A stretch of DNA of 64,000 nucleotides from Alphaproteobacteria bacterium (GTDB lineage: Bacteria; Pseudomonadota; Alphaproteobacteria; MPNO01; UBA830). A model generated the notes under the pieces. That model was not told the origin of the DNA, ran no database searches, and worked only from the letters and a program-made list of their open reading frames with translations. Below are positions 44,468 to 55,821 of the stretch, one piece after another. How positions within the stretch are numbered: position 1 is the first letter of the stretch; each line of letters starts with the position of its first letter. The DNA is taken from assembly GCA_964291215.2 (NCBI GenBank), contig OZ219791.1:1408001-1472000 (forward strand). The letters run 5' to 3'. Both the position numbers and the translations under genes were made by a program.

Positions 44468-45232
44468 ATGGAAATCGGTGGCCATGGGGCAATCGTTGCA
44501 GGAGGAGCGTCCGGTCTGGGCGCAGCGACCGCGCGGGCACTGGCCAAGGTCGGTGCGAAGGTGGCCGTGCTCGACATCAACATGGATGTCGCCAGGGAGG
44601 TCGCTTCGGAGACCGGGGGGGCCGCCGTCGAGTGCGACGTAACCAGCCCGAAAAACGCCGAAGCAGCGATCAAAGCGGCGGCCGAGGCCGTCGGCCCGGC
44701 ACGCATTCTCGTTAACTGCGCCGGTATCGGACCCGCAGAGCGGATCGTCGGCCGCGAGGGCCCGCAACCGCTCGACCACTACGCGCGCTGCATCAACGTC
44801 AATGTCATCGGATCGTTCAACATGATGCGGCTGGTCGCGCACCGCATGACCGCGCTCAACCCGCTCGACGACGATGGCGAACGCGGACTGATCGTCAACA
44901 CCTCTTCGGTCGCGGCCTATGACGGACAGGTCGGACAGGCTGCCTATTCGTCGTCGAAAGGGGCGATTGCAAGCCTGACCCTGCCTGCCGCCCGTGAACT
45001 CGCCCGCTTCGGCATACGCGTCGTCGCGATCGCGCCCGGCGTATTCGAGACCCCGATGCTCCGCGGGCTGCCGCAACCGGCCCAGGAGGCCCTGGAGCGG
45101 GCAACGCCCTTCCCCTCGCGCCTCGGTACGCCGGAGGAATATGCAAGCTTCGTGCTGTCCATACTTGGGAACAAGATGCTGAACGGCGAAGTCGTGCGCC
45201 TCGACGGCGCGTTGCGTCTCGCCCACGGATAG
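44468..45232 (+). CDS. SDR, 3-hydroxyacyl-CoA dehydrogenase type II-like
   Basis: GGASGLG, VNCAGI, YSSSKG, VRLDGALRL. Confidence 0.93.
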   Translation: MEIGGHGAIVAGGASGLGAATARALAKVGAKVAVLDINMDVAREVASETGGAAVECDVTSPKNAEAAIKAAAEAVGPARILVNCAGIGPAERIVGREGPQPLDHYARCINVNVIGSFNMMRLVAHRMTALNPLDDDGERGLIVNTSSVAAYDGQVGQAAYSSSKGAIASLTLPAARELARFGIRVVAIAPGVFETPMLRGLPQPAQEALERATPFPSRLGTPEEYASFVLSILGNKMLNGEVVRLDGALRLAHG

Positions 45233-45246
45233 GACGACGCACAGCG

Positions 45247-47088
45247 ATGAGCGAAGACACGACGCCCCTTGTAGATATCAACGTCAAGCGCTTCGGCGTC
45301 GAGGTCGAGCGGCCGGCCAACGATGTCACCATCCTCAGGTGCCCCGAACCGCTCGCGGAGCTGCCCAACAACCTGATCGCCGTATTGCGCGACAGGACGG
45401 ATGAACACCCGGACAGGGACATGTTCTGCCAACGCGATCACGCCGGTCAGTGGCAGCGGACAACCTATGCCGAGGTGCACAGCGCAGCCGACTCGATCGC
45501 CCAGGCACTGATCGATGGCGGCCACGGGCCGGACCGTCCGGTTGCCGTGCTCTCGGACAATTCCATAGAGCAGGCGTTCGTCACCCTCGGCGCGATGACG
45601 GCGGGCATTCCTGTGCTGCCGGTGTCCCCGGCCTATTCGCTGATGAGCAGCGACCACGAAAAACTGAAGGACGTGATCGCACGCAACGATCCGTCGGTGA
45701 TCTTCGTGCAGGAACCGGCGCCGTTCGCCGACGCTCTCGCCGCCATCGACATGTCGGGACGCCGACTCGTCACCGCCGAATCGGCCGAAGACGCTCCCGG
45801 AGCCGATCCGCTCGCCGACTGGCTGGTGCGCCAGCCGACCGGCGCGGTCGAGGATGCGCTTGCGAAGGTCGGTCACGACACCGTCGCCAAGATCCTGCTT
45901 ACCTCGGGATCGACAGGAGCGCCGAAGGGTGTGCTCAATACCCACCTCATGATGGTTTCCAACCAGGTTGCCATGGCGCAGGTCTATGCCTTTCTGCGCG
46001 ACGAGCCGCCGGTGCTTCTTGACTGGCTGCCGTGGAACCACACGTTCGGCGCCAACAACAATTTCAACTCGGTCATCTACAACGGCGGCACGATGTATAT
46101 CGACGAAGGGCGTCCGCTACCGGGACGGATCGAGGCGACCATCGCCAACATGCGCGAAATCTCGCCGACGCTCTACCTTAACGTGCCGCGCGGCTTCGAT
46201 CTTCTGCTGCCGCTCCTCGAAACGGACGAGGCCGCGCGCCGCGGACTGTTTCGCAACCTGAAGCTCCTGTTCTTCGCCGGATCGGCCCTGCCGCGAAACG
46301 TCTGGGAGCGCCTCGACCGGCTCGCCCTCGACACGATAGGGGCGCGAGTCACGATCACGACCTCGCTCGGCTCGACCGAGACCGCGCCGGCCACCACCTA
46401 CATGAACTGGTACCCCTATTCTACCGCCAATGTTGGCCTCCCCCTGCCCGGCTGCGAGGTCAAGCTCGTGCCCAACGGCGACAAGCTCGAGGTCCGCATG
46501 CGCGGGCCCAACATCTCGCCGGGGTACAACAAGGAACCGGAATTGAGCGCCGCCGCCTTGGATGAGGACCAGTTCTTCCGCATCGGCGATGCCGCACGTT
46601 TCGAGGACCCCGACGATCCGGCCCAAGGCATCGTGTTCGACGGGCGCGTCGCCGAGAGCTTCAAGCTCACGACCGGGACATGGGTGCATGCCGGCCAGCT
46701 TCGCCTGCAGGCGATCGCGGCCGCCGCGCCGACGCTTCAGGACGCGGTGGTTACCGGACAGGACCGCAGCGAAGTCGGCCTCCTCGCATTTCCGAGCATT
46801 GCCGGCTGCCAGTCGCTGGCTGGCGGCGACCTGCCACCCGACGAGCTGGTGCGTAACCGCCGCGTGCATGAGGCGGTGCGCGACGGTCTCGCGCGCCACA
46901 ATGCCGAGAATCCCGGCAGCTCGACCCGAATCCGCAGGGTGCTCATGATGACCGAGCCGCCGCAGATAGACGCTGGTGAGATCACGGACAAGGGGTACAT
47001 CAACCAGCGGGCCGTTCTTGCGCGCCGCTCTGGCCTGATCGAGCAGCTCTATGAGGGACAGGGCGACGATATCGTCGTCATCGGCTGA
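45247..47088 (+). CDS. fcs: Feruloyl-CoA synthase-like acyl-CoA ligase
   Basis: [41 protein letters not shown]. Confidence 0.9.
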   Translation: MSEDTTPLVDINVKRFGVEVERPANDVTILRCPEPLAELPNNLIAVLRDRTDEHPDRDMFCQRDHAGQWQRTTYAEVHSAADSIAQALIDGGHGPDRPVAVLSDNSIEQAFVTLGAMTAGIPVLPVSPAYSLMSSDHEKLKDVIARNDPSVIFVQEPAPFADALAAIDMSGRRLVTAESAEDAPGADPLADWLVRQPTGAVEDALAKVGHDTVAKILLTSGSTGAPKGVLNTHLMMVSNQVAMAQVYAFLRDEPPVLLDWLPWNHTFGANNNFNSVIYNGGTMYIDEGRPLPGRIEATIANMREISPTLYLNVPRGFDLLLPLLETDEAARRGLFRNLKLLFFAGSALPRNVWERLDRLALDTIGARVTITTSLGSTETAPATTYMNWYPYSTANVGLPLPGCEVKLVPNGDKLEVRMRGPNISPGYNKEPELSAAALDEDQFFRIGDAARFEDPDDPAQGIVFDGRVAESFKLTTGTWVHAGQLRLQAIAAAAPTLQDAVVTGQDRSEVGLLAFPSIAGCQSLAGGDLPPDELVRNRRVHEAVRDGLARHNAENPGSSTRIRRVLMMTEPPQIDAGEITDKGYINQRAVLARRSGLIEQLYEGQGDDIVVIG

Positions 47089-47120
47089 CGGCAGCAGCCG
47101 CAGGCCGGAAAGGAAGGATC

Positions 47121-48065
47121 ATGATCAAGGTAAGGGACATCGTGTTCGGGCGGCTGCAATCGCCGGATCTCGATCTGGCGGAGGAGTTTCTCACGGATTT
47201 CGGAATGATCCGCGCCGAACGCACAGCCGACAGGCTCTACATGCGCGGCACCGACCCAGAACCGTTCATCCATGTCACCCACTTGGGCGAGCCCCGATTC
47301 ATCGGCCTCGCCTTCAACGCCAGGAGCGAGGAGGATCTCAGGACCGTCGCCGCCAGCGAAAGCGCTTCGGGTATCGAGGATCTCGACGAGCCGGGCGGTG
47401 GCAGGCGCGTCCGCCTTACAGACCCGCATGGCTACCAAGTGGAGGTCGTCTGGGGACGCGAACCGGTCGACCCCGTCGACGTGTCCAGGTTCGCCGTCAA
47501 CACCGGTGCGGCGAAGGATCTCCGGGCCGGCGAACTGACCCGCATCGGCGCCGGCCCGTCGCACGTCAAGAGACTCGGACATGCGGTGATCATGACCACA
47601 GATCTCAGAGGCGGCACCAACTGGTACCGCGAAAATCTCGGTCTCGTCTCCTCCGACGAGGTCTATGTCGAGGGTGACCCGAACAAGGTCGTGGCCACCT
47701 TCAACCGCGTGGATGCCGGCCCCGAATATGTCGACCACCACACGTTCCTGTGCGTGGACGGCGACAAGGTCGGCCTCAACCACCTCGCTTTCGAGGTACA
47801 GGATATCGACGATGTCTTCGTGGGTCATGCACACCTGCACAGCCGCGAGAAATACAACCACATCTGGGGCACCGGTCGCCATGTGCTGGGCAGCCAGGTC
47901 TTCGACTACTGGCTCGACCCGTGGGACCGCGTGCACGAGCACTGGACCGACAGCGACCGCCTCAACGACCGCAATCCGCCCAATCTGGTTTCGGCCGAGG
48001 AAGGCTTCCAGTCCCAGTGGGGAGAGGCCGTGCCGGAACGCTTCATCGGCCATGCCACACCGTAA
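47121..48065 (+). CDS. VOC family extradiol dioxygenase-like protein
   Basis: KRLGH, VDHHT, NHLAFEV, GRHVLGSQVFDYWLDPW..HEHWTD. Confidence 0.9.
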   Translation: MIKVRDIVFGRLQSPDLDLAEEFLTDFGMIRAERTADRLYMRGTDPEPFIHVTHLGEPRFIGLAFNARSEEDLRTVAASESASGIEDLDEPGGGRRVRLTDPHGYQVEVVWGREPVDPVDVSRFAVNTGAAKDLRAGELTRIGAGPSHVKRLGHAVIMTTDLRGGTNWYRENLGLVSSDEVYVEGDPNKVVATFNRVDAGPEYVDHHTFLCVDGDKVGLNHLAFEVQDIDDVFVGHAHLHSREKYNHIWGTGRHVLGSQVFDYWLDPWDRVHEHWTDSDRLNDRNPPNLVSAEEGFQSQWGEAVPERFIGHATP

Positions 48066-48110
48066 CGGCAGGCAGTTCCTGCCCGATATTTCCAGAACGA
48101 GGAGTCCGCG

Positions 48111-48896
48111 ATGCTAGCCAAGGTCAATGGTGTCAACATCAACTACGAAATCTCCGGCGACGACGGCAAGCCGTGGCTGACATTTTCCAATTCGCTCGCA
48201 ACCAACCTGCACATGTGGGATGAGCAGGCGGCCGCGCTCGCCAGCGAGTACCGCATCCTGCGCTATGACAAGCGGGGCCACGGCGGCTCGGAACCCGTCG
48301 AGGGGCCCTATAGCTTCGACGATCTCATCGGCGATGTGATCGGGCTCTGGGACCATCTCAGAATAGCGGCCTCGGCCTTCGTCGGGTTGTCGATCGGGGG
48401 CATGACCTCTCAGGGGCTACTTCTCGCACATGCGGACCGGGTCACGGCCACAGTGATGGCCAACACCATGGCGCTGTGCCGCCCGGAGGCGCTCTCGGCA
48501 TGGAAAGACCGGGTAGCCGCAGTCGGCGAGCATGGTATGCAGGCTGTTCTGCAGCCGACCATGGAGCGCTGGTTCACCGCGGGCTACCGGGCAAGCGGCG
48601 CCGCGCGCCTCGGCGATGTCGAGAAGATGATCCTTGGCACATCGGCTGCCGGTTATTGCGGCTGCGCGAGCGCCATACAGGAACTCGCCTATCTCGACAG
48701 GCTGGCGTCGCTCGACCACCCGGTACTGCTGATTTCCGGGACCCACGACGGCGGCACGCCTCCCGAAGGCATGAGGCTGATGCATGAGCGGATCGCCGGA
48801 TCGGAATATGTCGAGCTCGACGCGGCGCACATCTCGAACATCGAGAAGGCCGACTCGTTCACGGACCATGTCAGGACGTTCCTCGCAACGCACTGA
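48111..48896 (+). CDS. pcaD: 3-oxoadipate enol-lactonase-like hydrolase
   Basis: FSNSLATNLHMWDEQ, YDKRGHG, GLSIGG, AAHISNIE. Confidence 0.85.
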   Translation: MLAKVNGVNINYEISGDDGKPWLTFSNSLATNLHMWDEQAAALASEYRILRYDKRGHGGSEPVEGPYSFDDLIGDVIGLWDHLRIAASAFVGLSIGGMTSQGLLLAHADRVTATVMANTMALCRPEALSAWKDRVAAVGEHGMQAVLQPTMERWFTAGYRASGAARLGDVEKMILGTSAAGYCGCASAIQELAYLDRLASLDHPVLLISGTHDGGTPPEGMRLMHERIAGSEYVELDAAHISNIEKADSFTDHVRTFLATH

Positions 48897-48902
48897 AACT
48901 CT

Positions 48903-48928
48903 GCGCCGCCGGGCCGTCCCGGCGGCGC
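48903..48928 (+). terminator. Intergenic GC hairpin (terminator or mRNA-stability element)
   Basis: GCGCCGCCGGG-CCGT-CCCGGCGGCGC just after the pcaD stop; weak U tract. Confidence 0.5.
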
Positions 48929-48960
48929 TTCCTCCATCTCCAGCACGGGAACGTTCAGTG

Positions 48961-49863
48961 ATGGCCGAAACAGCCGGAATAATCGGAATCGGAATCATGG
49001 GCAGCGCCATGGCGCGGGCCCTGGTGGGCAAGGGATTCCGGGTCGTCGGCTACGACGTCTCCGCCGACGCCCTCGAAAGCGCCCGGGCCGACGGCGTCGA
49101 GACCGCCGGTTCGGCGGCGGCGGTGGCCGAACAGGCACCCGTCATCATCCTGTCGCTTCCGAGTCCTGCCGCCCTCGCCGCCGTCGCCCGCGAGATCGCG
49201 GCATCGGCGGCCAGTGGCTGCGTGATCATGGAGGCGAGCACGTTCACGATTCCGGACAAGGAAGCCGCGCATAACGTGCTTGCCGCGGCCGGCCACACGC
49301 TGCTCGACTGCCCGCTCTCAGGGACCGGACAGCAGGCGCGGACCGGCGACCTCTCCGTGTTCACCAGCGGCGACCGGTCCGCGATCGAGAAATGCGTGCC
49401 GATGATCGAGGCGTTCAGCCGCGAGCACAAGTATTGCGGCGAGTTCGGCAACGGCAGCCGCATGAAGTTCGTCGCCAACCATCTGGTGACAATTCACAAT
49501 GTCGCGGCAGCTGAGGCGATGGTTCTCGGCATGAAGTCGGGGCTCGACCCGCAACTGATTTACGACGTGATCTCGACCAGCGCCGGCACCTCACGGATGT
49601 TCCAGCGCCGCGGCCAGATGATGGCGGAGAATGACTACGACGATGTCGGCATGTCGAACCGACTCTACCAGAAGGACCTCGACATCATCACCGCCTTTGC
49701 CGCCGAGGTGCGCTGTCCCGTCAACCTTTTTGCCGCCGCCGTGCAGCCCTACCGCGCCACGCTCGAGCAGGGGCTGGCCGAGAAGGACACCGCTGCGGTG
49801 TGCGCGGTTCTCGAGGACCAAGCCCGCGTCCGGCGCTCCGGAGAGGAACCAGGCAATGGCTGA
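48961..49863 (+). CDS. NAD(P)-dependent beta-hydroxyacid dehydrogenase
   Basis: GIGIMG, DCPLSG, MKFVAN, KDL. Confidence 0.92.
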   Translation: MAETAGIIGIGIMGSAMARALVGKGFRVVGYDVSADALESARADGVETAGSAAAVAEQAPVIILSLPSPAALAAVAREIAASAASGCVIMEASTFTIPDKEAAHNVLAAAGHTLLDCPLSGTGQQARTGDLSVFTSGDRSAIEKCVPMIEAFSREHKYCGEFGNGSRMKFVANHLVTIHNVAAAEAMVLGMKSGLDPQLIYDVISTSAGTSRMFQRRGQMMAENDYDDVGMSNRLYQKDLDIITAFAAEVRCPVNLFAAAVQPYRATLEQGLAEKDTAAVCAVLEDQARVRRSGEEPGNG

Positions 49864-50959
49864 TTTGTTCACGCCTCTCGCGGCCGGGCCCTTCGAGTTC
49901 CCGCACCGCGTCGTGATGGCACCGATGACCCGCAACCGCGCGGGTCCGGAAAACGTGCCGCACGCGCTCCATGCGACCTACTACCGCCAGCGCTCCGACG
50001 CCGCGCTGGTCATCACCGAAGCGACGCAGATCTGCCCCGAGGGGCTTGGATATCCGGGGACGCCGGGCATCCATTCCGCGGAACAGACGGCCGGGTGGGC
50101 TGCGGTCACCGATTCCGTTCATGAAGCCGGCGGGCTGATCTTTCTCCAGCTCTGGCATGTCGGCAGGATCTCTCATCCCGACCTGCAGCCCGGCGGACAG
50201 CTTCCGGTTGCGCCTTCGGCCATTCGGCCGGCCGGCGACGCGATGACGGCGTCCGGCATGAAGCCGTTCGTAACCCCCCGCGCGCTGGAAGCCGCCGAGC
50301 TTCCGCGCCTCGTCGAACAGTACGCCGAGGCCGCTGCCAATGCCGAACGCGCCGGATTCGACGGCGTCGAGATCCACGGCGCCAACGGCTACCTGCTCGA
50401 CCAGTTCACCCGTGATGGAACCAACCTCCGCAAAGACGACTATGGCGGCTCGATCGAGAACCGGTGCCGACTGCCTGTAGAGGTCGCCGAAGCCGTGGTC
50501 GGGATCTGGGGTGCGGATCGGGTGGGTTATCGGATATCGCCGTTCCAGCCCTTCAATGACATGTCGGACAGCGACCCCGCGGCCACCTTTGTTCACCTTG
50601 CGGAGGAGCTTGCGAAGAGGAACATCCTCTATCTGCATGTCGTGGAACTCGGCCGTCCGGGAGAAGGCGAAGGGCTGGCATTCGTCGAATCAAGGGACCC
50701 TCTGATGCGCAAATTGCGGAGGATCTGGTCGGGGATACTGATCGTGAACGGCGGTTACGACCGTGGCAGGTCCGATGCCGTGATCGGCGCCGGCGAGGCC
50801 GACATGGCCGCCTTTGCCACCGCCTTCATTGCCAATCCGGATCTTCCGGAGCGGCTTCTCGGCGGCGCGCCGCTCAACGAACCGGACCGGGCGACCTTCT
50901 ATGGTGGCGGTGCCGAAGGCTATACCGACTATCCGTTCCTCGAGGAGATAGACAGATGA
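49856..50959 (+). CDS. Old Yellow Enzyme alkene reductase (NemA/XenB-like)
   Basis: VMAPMTRNRA, QLWHVGR, EIHGANGYLLDQF, GYTDYP. Confidence 0.95.
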   Translation: MADLFTPLAAGPFEFPHRVVMAPMTRNRAGPENVPHALHATYYRQRSDAALVITEATQICPEGLGYPGTPGIHSAEQTAGWAAVTDSVHEAGGLIFLQLWHVGRISHPDLQPGGQLPVAPSAIRPAGDAMTASGMKPFVTPRALEAAELPRLVEQYAEAAANAERAGFDGVEIHGANGYLLDQFTRDGTNLRKDDYGGSIENRCRLPVEVAEAVVGIWGADRVGYRISPFQPFNDMSDSDPAATFVHLAEELAKRNILYLHVVELGRPGEGEGLAFVESRDPLMRKLRRIWSGILIVNGGYDRGRSDAVIGAGEADMAAFATAFIANPDLPERLLGGAPLNEPDRATFYGGGAEGYTDYPFLEEIDR

Positions 50960-51837
50960 AGATCGGCTGGATCGGAGCCGGCAACATGGGGCTTCCGATG
51001 TCCGGACACTTGGTCGAGGCCGGACACGAGGTGACGGCCTTTGATGTCGACGAGGGACGCCTTGCGCAGGTGGTAGCGCGCGGCGCGGTAATGGCACGTT
51101 CCGTCGCGGAAGCGGCCGCGGACGCAGAGGTGGTGTTTTCCTCGATTCCGGACGACGACGTGCTCCGCACTGTCGCGCTTGGTGCTGCGGGGGCGCTTGA
51201 GGCGAGTGCCGGCGACGCCACCTATGTCGACATGAGCACGGTGTCTCCGACGATCTCGAAAGAGGTTGCCGAAGCTGCCGCCGGGCGCGGCGTGTCCTAT
51301 CTGCGGGCGCCGGTTTCCGGGAGCGTCACCCTCGCCGAGTCTGGTACGCTCACCGTGATCGTGTCGGGTCCCGAAAGCGCCTTCGGGCGCTGCCGTCCGC
51401 TGTTCGAACGGCTTGGATCGAGGGTTTTCCATGTCGGGACCGGCGAACAGGCCCGCTATCTCAAGCTCGCGATCAACAACATGGTTCATGCCACAGCGGT
51501 GGCCATGGCCGAAACCCTTGCAGTCGGGCGCAGAGGCGGCTTGGACTGGGCGCAGATGCTTGAGGTGATCGCAGCGAGCGCCGTCGCCTCACCGCTTGTC
51601 CAGTACAAGTCGGAACGGATCCGGAATCGCGATTTCTTGCCGATGTCATTCGTCTCGACATCGATCAAGGACCAGGAGCTCTTCAACGCGGCCGCTGCAG
51701 AGGCCGGGGTGAGGCTCGATATTGCGCCGGCGCTTGCCAAGGTATTCCGCGAAATGATGGATTCGGAAGATCGCGACAAGGATTTCTTCGCAACCGTTCT
51801 CCGCGTCGAACGGAGGTCGGGGCTCGGGGAGCCGTGA
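50956..51837 (+). CDS. NAD(P)-dependent beta-hydroxyacid dehydrogenase
   Basis: GAGNMG, DMSTVSP, APVSG, KLAINN. Confidence 0.92.
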   Translation: MKIGWIGAGNMGLPMSGHLVEAGHEVTAFDVDEGRLAQVVARGAVMARSVAEAAADAEVVFSSIPDDDVLRTVALGAAGALEASAGDATYVDMSTVSPTISKEVAEAAAGRGVSYLRAPVSGSVTLAESGTLTVIVSGPESAFGRCRPLFERLGSRVFHVGTGEQARYLKLAINNMVHATAVAMAETLAVGRRGGLDWAQMLEVIAASAVASPLVQYKSERIRNRDFLPMSFVSTSIKDQELFNAAAAEAGVRLDIAPALAKVFREMMDSEDRDKDFFATVLRVERRSGLGEP

Positions 51838-51852
51838 TGCGACGACCGGTTT

Positions 51853-52131
51853 TCAGCCGTTGCGGCGGAAGAAACGGGTGAGGCGCGCTTCGCCCCAGAC
51901 ATCGTTCTGCTTGAACGGATGGCCAGCCACGAAAGCCTCGATTTCTTCTTTGCCACCGGCCTCGATCAGGAACATGGATCCGATCATCGTCTCGCCGTCC
52001 TCGGCGAGCAGCGGTCCCGACATGACGGTCTCGACCCCGCATTCCCGCTGGTACGCTCGGTGCTTTTCGACGAGGCGCTTGCGCGTCTCAACGCGGTCTG
52101 GCTTGTCGAGGATGTGGAGACAATAGAGCAT
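51853..52131 (-). CDS. YciI family protein
   Basis: LDKP..R..HRAY, SGPLL..GSMFLIEA. Confidence 0.88.
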   Translation of the reverse strand: MLYCLHILDKPDRVETRKRLVEKHRAYQRECGVETVMSGPLLAEDGETMIGSMFLIEAGGKEEIEAFVAGHPFKQNDVWGEARLTRFFRRNG

Positions 52132-52135
52132 TCCC

Positions 52136-52414
52136 CTATCCCTGACGGCGATAGAAGACGTTGACGTTGACGCTGTCCCACACGTCGGCATGATACAGCG
52201 GATCGTTTTTCTGGAAGGTGTCGATTTCCTCGCGGCTATCGGCATTCACGAGAAACAGGCTTCCGATCATCGCCTTGTTGGCGTCGTCCATGATCGGACC
52301 CGATATCACGATATCGATGGGCTCAGTGGCGAGATAAGCCCGGTGCGCGTCGATCGCCGCCAGACGGCGTTCAAGTGCGCCCGGCTTGTCGAGACAGTGT
52401 ATGACCCAGAGCAT
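52136..52414 (-). CDS. YciI family protein
   Basis: CLDKPGALERR..AHRAYL, SGPI..GSLFLV, NDP. Confidence 0.9.
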   Translation of the reverse strand: MLWVIHCLDKPGALERRLAAIDAHRAYLATEPIDIVISGPIMDDANKAMIGSLFLVNADSREEIDTFQKNDPLYHADVWDSVNVNVFYRRQG

Positions 52415-52540
52415 CGGCCCCTCCATTCGGCGTACGTCTCTCGCCCGCGTGCGACGCGGGGTGCTGAAAGACATCGCATGGCTCGACGGCATTCGCAAGG
52501 GATCGGCAACAGGATCGCGGCCGATCACGCCTGTTCCAAA

Positions 52541-53065
52541 GGGTGCAGTTCTCGTATGGCGAATCCAAATCATTGATTTAACGCGGTTGTGCGGTCGCGA
52601 GGCAGCGGCGAAAACGGGTTTTCGTGACTATCGCCCGTTTCAGGACAGGATTTTGTCACAACCCCCGCGGCATCGACAGGTGATCCGGGCGCTGCGCCAC
52701 CTTCGCGACACCGTGGCGCCAACGGGCCAACATCGACAGGGAACCGTTCTTCTTCCGCAAGCATCGCCACCGAATGCGCTACCGCGCGCTGAAGCAACCG
52801 GCTCGGGAATTGTCGAGGCGGCAAACAAGACCCTCGTCACACAGCGCATGAAACGCTCCGGCATGCGCTGGCGCATCGTCGGCGGACAATCACCTTCCGC
52901 GCCCTGCTCGAATCCGGCCGCTTCGAGAGCGCGTGGACGGCCATGATCGGTGCAGACGACGTACCAGCCAACGACAACATCAGCCCAAATCACACCCCGG
53001 CACTGGCCGCATGAGATGAACAAGTGGTACTGAGCCTGCAACTGTGCCATACGAAACTCCCACCC
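52541..53065 (+). mobile_element. Internally deleted ISKra4/ISLre2-like element (copy 2)
   Basis: Same TIRs and length (525 bp) as 6468-6992. Confidence 0.88.
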
Positions 53066-53140
53066 TTGGACGCTGAAGCTGCTGGCTGGCCGTCTGGTGG
53101 AGATGGAGATCGTCGAGAGCATTTCGAAGGAAACGGTACG
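53066..53140 (+). mobile_element. IS630-family transposase fragment
   Basis: WTLKLLAGRLVEMEIVESISKETVR. Confidence 0.75.
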
Positions 53141-53349
53141 GGGGCAATGGTTTGAAGTTGAATTACCTGATGTGTCTTCATGTCGAGATCAGATGTTTTC
53201 GACCCCGTTTGTCCACTTGTGAAGGCCGTGGTGCAACCATTTCGTCAATGTTCCCTATTTGTTTTATGAAGCCGTAGAACTGTCGGGCTTGCGCAGGAGA
53301 TCAGGGAACGCGGCGTCCGGCCACGCCATCGGCGGGTAAGGTAAGGGGA

Positions 53350-53460
53350 GACGCAAACGATCTTTCCGCGCTCAAGGTAACGGCGCTGGCGCACGACGAC
53401 ATGGCAGCGCTGCACCACGGGATGCGCGGCAAGCCCTGCCCGGACCCGGACAACCGCCAA
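53350..53460 (+). pseudogene. Possible tyrosine integrase fragment
   Basis: LSALKVTALAHDDMAALHHGMRGKP..NR resembles the core-binding region of alphaproteobacterial integrases; short match. Confidence 0.45.
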
Positions 53461-53724
53461 GTATATGTGCAACTCGCCGACGATCTGCAGCATGGCGCTT
53501 TCGGGCGAACCGCCGCGTCCCTCAAGCAGGTCATGGGCCGTAGCGCGAGCGCCGGTTTCCTCCACCCGCGCTTCGCGCCTCCCGATCACTCCCCGGCCAG
53601 GCCGCGCGGCACGAACTCGCGCCAGCCGCCGTCGGCAAGCGCCTCTGCCTTCGGGACCCAGCGCCGCACCTGCGAGCGCATCCAGCTGTCGGAGGTCCAT
53701 GTCGCTGCCACGTCCTTCTTGCCC

Positions 53725-54330
53725 CCAATGTTGCAGGATATTTTGAATCTTCTATACAGCACTGATTTTACTGGTTTTTCCCGGCCTCCGGCAAATCAAG
53801 CCTGTTTCCAGATAGCGGCCCGAGACCGGATCGATCCGAAACGAGGCGTTGCCGGCTCGCGCATGCCGACAAACGGTCCATCGCCCGAAGGGCATGACGA
53901 TGATTCCGCTGCGGGATGACAACCCGGCCCGTCTCCCGCCGCGCGCGTGAAACGCCGTCGAGTCGTTCGGCGAGCGGACGGACAAGCCGGGACTGGCCGT
54001 ACATCCGCGGACACCGGTCCGAATGCGCCGGGCGGCAATCGTGTGGCGGCCGTGAGCTTCGGAGCGTGCGCATCCGGCGTGTCGGCGGTTCGGGGCAGGG
54101 CTGGCGCGCATGTCCGGGGCGGTGGAAATCCCCTGACCGATCCCTTTGCAAGGCAGGCCGGCGGTCTCCAGAGTGACGCCGGTTGCCGGGCCGTTGCGGG
54201 CGGCGCCGGGAAGGACCTGGAGGAGAGCGGGATGGGCGCGATCGAACCGGAATTCATGGGCACGCGGCATGTGGCGGCGCGGCTCGGGCTCTCGCCCCGC
54301 ACGCTGGGGGCTGCCGGGTGAGCGGGGGCG
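53725..54330 (+). repeat. Second copy of both autotransporter flanks, with truncated excisionase-like HTH (54232-54321)
   Basis: 53725-53900 matches rc 39754-39928; 54068-54330 matches rc 32632-32883. Confidence 0.88.
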
Positions 54331-54510
54331 CCCAAAGGGTAGCCAGAACGGCGCAAGCATGAGAAGGAAGAACGACAAGCCTGACTTGACTGCGACCGCC
54401 ACCGTTCCGGTCAATCCCGGCTGACCGAAAACCAGGTGCCCGGAGCCACGCCCAAGGCTGGTCGCGACTTGCCGAAACCCCTGGACAGAATCACTGAAAT
54501 CCGCAATCTT

Positions 54511-55791
54511 CGATTACGCAACCTGATGTCTGGAAATTGTCGAGAAGCTCTCAGTCATCGAGCTGTTCCCATTTGATGTATGCCTTGGTTTCGGTTTCCC
54601 ATTTTTCGTCGATGAGGACCGCGGTTGAGAGGCGCTCCAACGAGGCGAGGTTCGGAAAGACCCTGACTTTGGAGGTGCGCCGCTTGAGCTCTTGCTGGAT
54701 CGGCCGCTCGATACCGTTCGAGGTTCGCATACGTTTGCGGTGAGCATCGGGCAAGGTGAAGACAGCGAGCCCCGCATTCTTTTCCAGCCAGTCTGCGAAG
54801 CCTGGATGCTTGTCGCGATAGCTGGCCACGAGGGCGCCCAGTTCAGCCTCGGCGGTTTGGAGTGAGGACGCATGGCTCCGAGCTGTTTTCCAATACGTTT
54901 CCTGATGTCGTTGTTCGGTGCACGGCGTTTTGCGCCAGGTGGAACTGGCAGCGCTGCCATGTCGCCGCGCCCAGCACCGCGCGTCGTGCCGCTTTCAGCC
55001 CAGCATGGTCATCCGAGACGATGAAGGTCGTACCATGCAGGGCTAGCAAGCTTTCCAGGAAGGCTCTCCAATGGACCTCGGCCTCGGAGAGCGCCACAGA
55101 GAGCCCCAGAACGTGCCTGCAGCCCCTGTTCCGATGGCCGAGAGTACCCCGCGCGACATCGCGCACAACGCCGTCATGGCGGGCTTTTTCGTAGCGCGCA
55201 TCGAGGATCAGGTATTTCATCAGCCCAAGGGGCCGGTTGCGCCAGGCGGCGAGTTCTTCATCGAGCAACCTGGTGGCCCGGCTGACCTGAGAAGAGGACA
55301 GGCTCCCGAACTCGCGCATTACATCCTGCCGTGTGGAAACACCCTTGATGTACATCTCGGCTACGGCGCGAGAAGATCGCTGGCCGCGTTCAAGCGACTG
55401 GGGATAGAACGGGTCGTTCCCGTGACCGTTTGGCACCTGAACGGCAACAGTGGGGGTGTCGATCCGTTTGTAGCCGTTGGCATAGCCCTGTCGCTCCGGC
55501 GTCCGTTCGTAGTGGCCCGCTTTCAAGTACTGCTCGCGCTCGATTTGCATCGCAAGCTCGAAGAGCTGACCAAAGACCCGCCCCAGATCCGTTGCTCCGT
55601 TTGCGATCAGATGTTCCAAAACAGCCTCAATCGTCGTAGTGTGTCGCAGGTCCATTCGCTTCCTCCATGAAGGTTTACAGCTCCATGGGATAGCACGATG
55701 GCGCCGCGTTTCACTGGGGGGCTAGCCCCCCAGTGAAACGCCTCAAAGCGCAAACCTCAGACAAATTTCCAGACATCAAGTTACAGTACCC
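54511..55791 (-). mobile_element. Degenerate IS256-family element with both ends
   Basis: IRs GATTACGCAACCTGATGTCTGGAAATT / GGTACTGTAACTTGATGTCTGGAAATT; CAATCTT repeated at both flanks; YLILDARYEK, VSDDHAGL, WQRCQFHL. Confidence 0.93.
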
Positions 55792-55821
55792 AATCTTTCT
55801 TCGTTGAGGAAAGGAAGAGCA

